NCBI GenBank assembly: GCA_903813345.2 | Contig: CAIIXF020000001.1 | Span: 17,794,001 to 17,858,000, forward strand | Source: Owenia fusiformis | Taxonomy: Eukaryota | Direction of reading: 5' to 3' | Length of the DNA: 64,000 nucleotides | In this document: piece by piece, positions 61,301-64,000 of the stretch | How the letters are laid out: every line of letters starts with the position of its first letter | Numbering within the stretch: the first letter of the stretch is position 1 | Program-made: the position numbers and the translations under genes | Notes under the pieces: model-generated | Database searches by the model: none | Seen by the model: only the letters and a program-made list of their open reading frames with translations | Told to the model about the DNA's origin: nothing

Positions 61301-62852
61301 TCATCAATTGTATTATTCACTTTACAACTCCCCACCAATAACGCATTTTATCTCTCGGTATCAGATTGTTGTATCTAAACCAGCAGGATTCTGTAGGTCT
61401 TTGGAAATAGTTTAAAATTGACATTTTATCCATAATCCAGTCAAGATTTCACCAACATTTTTATCGTGCAATGTGACACATGATAAAGGTACGGGGCGAA
61501 AATCCCTAGGAATTTCATTTTATAAAAATTGCCGGAGACTTAATTTGGTAGTTTTTATAGATCAGCCAAATCCACCAAATTATAAGCACCCGTCAAATTA
61601 AAGCAATTTTATGATTTACAGTATTTGATGGGAAGGTTTACACATTTATATGGATTTACGCCCTAACAGCAGCCACTATCAATATCTTCACAATTTTTTG
61701 CAGTTTTAAGATTTTAATTCTTACCAAAGTAATTAGTATTAGTGTGATTGTTAACATTTCTCCCAAGTTACTTCTGCTGACCCCATGGGAAAATAATGGG
61801 GGGTGAAATAAAAATCAATGATTGCCACTCAGCTTAGATCTGATTTTTGTCAAAATGTCTTAATAGGCAAATGCATGTATGTATTTCATTGTTTTGACAG
61901 AGTGCAACCTGATAACTTTAATACTGGGGGATCACTAGAATATATGTGTCATGGAATAATAATTTTAAAAAATGACAATGATACAGTATATGTATGTCTT
62001 TCAGACGGAGGCTGGCTGGATCGGCTTCTATGCAACAATGGCAGGGAGTGCTGTGTCCCTTTGTGTGGCCAGGTAAATATTGCCATGTATGCTCAATACA
62101 TATACACCATTCATTCATTATTCTTACAACACTTTGGCTATAAGCAAAAAATCAGCAACTTTCCATACTAAAGAAAGAAGCCTTTGATATGAATATTTAT
62201 GGTGTATTTTTGTTTTTTCAGATTTGCAGATGTGTTTTCCGGTCGCATGAAGACACTGTTGATCTGCCTGTATTTCTGCGCTGTTGGAGCCATGGCCTGG
62301 TTCCTTCTGCTATGCAATCAGTACATTCCATTCAACACACGTGAGGAACAACTTGTATTTTATTTGTAGTAATATAATATCATTATTGCTAGAGTCATTG
62401 TACTTAGTCGTAATCTATTCTGAGACAAGAAATATTTCACTCTATGCAGGGCAATACTTAATAAATAAAAAAAAATCACAGTACATGGGTTTGAAAAAAA
62501 TGTTCAAGTAGATTTCAGGTAAGTGTTAAGAATTCTGCTTAATTATAATTTGGCTACAAAACAAATATTTTTTCCACAACACACATTATCATCGTCCCCA
62601 TAGAGCAAGTTATTGAATTACAGTAAATACATACATGTATTGAAGCTCACCATGTAACTTTGATTCCAGCATCTTTGTACATATCTACAATCATGGTGGG
62701 TGTGTTTATAATGGCGGCCACTCCTTTGTTTTATGAGCTGTGTTGTGAATTGAGTTACCCTATAGCTGAGGGGATCACTAACCTATTCCTCACCATGTTG
62801 AATAATGTCACTGGACTCATATTTCTACTAGTCTTTATGATTCCACATGTTG
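43398..62852 (+). CDS. SLC49A4: Lysosomal MFS transporter SLC49A4 (DIRC2, FLVCR-related); last exon lies beyond the window
   Basis: Exons 43398-43728, 44470-44560, one of five alternative exons in 44915-47474, 48820-48877, 49246-49271, 49638-49691, 50385-50514, 60623-60731, 62005-62072, 62222-62340, 62670-62852. Motifs: dileucine EKRPLL, YKRRWYILLLFS, WNTFGPI, WFPxxERxTATAI, YFPAKPPSPPS, PLFYELCCELSYPIAEG. Confidence 0.9.
44915..45072 (+). CDS. SLC49A4: SLC49A4 alternative TM4-TM5 exon, variant A (158 nt)
   Basis: AG/GT bounded, open in frame: TMNIGAILNGLAGPICMGGPPKLSQTWFPSYQRTTATAIALNCLGDSFPFLF. Acceptor lacks a pyrimidine tract. Confidence 0.7.
45309..45472 (+). CDS. SLC49A4: SLC49A4 alternative TM4-TM5 exon, variant B (164 nt)
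   Basis: AG/GT bounded: LIHVGHFLNGLGGPIAMGGPPALSAHWFPPHERITATAISQIWNGMGVGVSFII. Confidence 0.85.
46177..46340 (+). CDS. SLC49A4: SLC49A4 alternative TM4-TM5 exon, variant C (164 nt)
   Basis: AG/GT bounded: LIHLGQILNGLTGPIVMGGPPSISIVWFPPHERVTATAIAVALGSSGIATAFII. Confidence 0.85.
46462..46550 (+). mobile_element. tRNA-derived SINE head remnant
   Basis: A-box-like GTTAGCCGAGCGGTCT and B-box-like GAGTTCAAG. No complete cloverleaf. Confidence 0.45.
46703..46869 (+). CDS. SLC49A4: SLC49A4 alternative TM4-TM5 exon, variant D (167 nt)
   Basis: AG/GT bounded: LIHLGHILNGLPGPICQGGPPIISIVWFPPHERTTATAIGTIFGIGLGVGSSFVI. Confidence 0.85.
47308..47474 (+). CDS. SLC49A4: SLC49A4 alternative TM4-TM5 exon, variant E (167 nt; absent from the ORF track)
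   Basis: AG/GT bounded: LINLGHALNGFAGPIVMGAPPVLSVTWFPPHERTTATAISTVFGAGFGTAVSFVI. Confidence 0.85.
49937..50280. mobile_element. Deleted copy of the 8747-9321 MITE family
   Basis: Shares the long arm sequence and the CAGGGTG...CACCCTG ends. Confidence 0.7.
50835..50946. repeat. Hairpin (about 28-bp inverted repeat), probably part of an interspersed repeat
   Basis: GTTATGTCACTATGACGTGAAATATGCC / GGCATATTTCACGTCATAGTGACATAAC. Confidence 0.7.
52363..53388 (+). CDS. Golgi carbohydrate 6-O-sulfotransferase (CHST1/GlcNAc6ST family), single-exon CDS nested in an SLC49A4 intron
   Basis: 341-aa ORF with a type II N-terminal TM segment, 5'-PSB [24 protein letters not shown], 3'-PB [10 protein letters not shown] and YEHIAHDP. 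Confidence 0.9.
   Translation: [341 protein letters not shown]
54501..58366. mobile_element. Academ-like DNA transposon derivative, largely palindromic, with transposase remnants
   Basis: TAGCGAGATC...GATCTCGCTA termini, 3-bp TSD TAA, and very long inverted arms. Decayed transposase-like peptides: FKLWFLIIQIEILCLDYVRAI..ENF, HEIAAAL..LPLFHAPTGSDTT, and ACQMLVKCSCKQQCSTKRCKC. Confidence 0.72.
55574..55759. mobile_element. Small hAT-like MITE with 6-bp TSD
   Basis: CAGGGGTTTCAATAA / TTATTGAAACCCCTG with TSD GTTGTT. Confidence 0.78.
61215..61623. mobile_element. TA-flanked MITE (copy 1)
   Basis: TACTGTAAATTGCTTTAATTT ... AAATTAAAGCAAT...TACAGTA. Homologue at 62901-63243. Confidence 0.65.
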
Positions 62853-62900
62853 GTAAGTGTAAGCATGTACTATATATCACTTGATACTTAATACAGTGTA

Positions 62901-63243
62901 TACTTTAAATTGCTTTAATTTGGCACTATTTGATTTGGCAGATTCGGGCAAATTTTGAAATTTTGGCTGCTATTTAATTTGGCATATTGACCATCATCAA
63001 CCGTATTATTCACTTCACAGCTCACCATCAATAATGCAATTTTATCTTTCCTGTTATCAGGTTGCTCTATCTAAACCGACAGGGACTCTGTAGATCTTCG
63101 GAAAATTGACATATAATGATCAATGTTTCAATCAAGATTTTCACCAAAGTTTTATCATGCAAGGTAACTCAAAGAAAATGCACTGGACAGAGACTTAATT
63201 TAGCCAAATTGAAACAGCTGTCAAATTAAAGCAATGTACAGTA
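62901..63243. mobile_element. TA-flanked MITE (copy 2)
   Basis: Direct homologue of 61215-61623 with terminal inverted repeats. Confidence 0.65.
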
Positions 63244-63375
63244 TTTGGTCTTGCAAGTAGTCCTTGTATTAATACTCCCTTTTGTTTCTCTTCTTCATAC
63301 TGAAGTCTCATAGGGTATATTAAGGAACTTGCAAAATACTTTGTGTAGCTACAATAGCACTGTATAGCTTTCTAG

Positions 63376-63837
63376 TAGGGGTGAGACGACAACCCGATGA
63401 GTCGAGGACTCGCGGGTTTGGGGCTTCGAGTCGAGTCGAATTGAGTCGAAGTTGATGAATCGAATCATTTTCGAGTTGAGAAAAAAATTCGAAAAAATAA
63501 AAAAATTCAGAAAAATACTGTCAATATGCATGTTTTTACTCGATATTGCGTTGAATATATAAGTTTCAATGACTTGGATATGCTTGTATTAAATTATTAT
63601 ATTGTATGTACACATAAATGAAAGAATATATGTAATAAAATCAGAATAAACTTACGACGAATTGTGTTTGTTTATATTTCCGGCTTTCCACCATTGACGC
63701 ATTAAAAATACGAACGGTCAAAAGCGATGTTGTTCGCACTTCGCGCGCCTCGAAACGGATTCGAAACTCGAATCGTCATTTTCTGACTCGATTCGGATTC
63801 GACTCGAATCGGATTTTTTCGACTCGTCTCACCCCTA
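63376..63837. mobile_element. Canonical hAT MITE
   Basis: TIR TAGGGGTGAGACGA / TCGTCTCACCCCTA with a perfect 8-bp TSD CTTTCTAG and subterminal GAGTCGA/GAATCGA repeats. Confidence 0.88.
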
Positions 63838-64000
63838 CTTTCTAGTATAATTATTTTTATTCAATCTAACCAAAAGTCATATAGTAAATCCTGCAACGTG
63901 TAAGGGACACCTCTGTAAGTGGAATACTTCATGTCAGTGAACCTCTGTCGGTCAATAGAACACCTCCAGAGTGGACCACTATTTTGAGCTATCAAATCGT

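Noticed and set aside
1851-62852. Metabolic gene cluster (ketoreductase, GH3 ligase, two sulfotransferases, MFS transporter)
   Set aside because: The products are expected in different compartments (mitochondrion, cytosol, Golgi, lysosome) and most are widely conserved genes. Nothing in the sequence shows a shared pathway.

Overview
AT-rich, intron-containing animal genomic DNA. Gene content and transposon types suggest a marine invertebrate, but the species cannot be identified from the sequence. Seven protein-coding genes were assembled by hand from GT-AG junctions with compatible phases: CBR4 (+, 1851-21748); a GH3-domain gene GHDC (-, 9682-17378) nested antisense in CBR4 intron 1; an unrecognised multi-exon gene with two PAM2-like motifs (-, 24966-29785); a cytosolic sulfotransferase (+, 30850-33924); ZNF706 (-, 37141-37598); the lysosomal MFS transporter SLC49A4/DIRC2 (+, 43398 to beyond the window end); and a carbohydrate 6-O-sulfotransferase with a single-exon CDS (+, 52363-53388) nested on the same strand in an SLC49A4 intron. 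The most notable feature is an array of five tandem paralogous copies of one SLC49A4 coding exon (44915-47474). All five are open and have phase 2/phase 1 boundaries, so only one can be included in frame. They encode alternative versions of the cavity-lining TM4-TM5 hairpin, which points to a mutually exclusive splicing system that could diversify transporter specificity. Introns are filled with nested non-autonomous DNA transposons (Tc1/mariner-, Harbinger-, hAT-, EnSpm-, Academ- and Helentron-like). Superfamily labels are inferred from termini and target-site duplications (TSDs), not from database searches.
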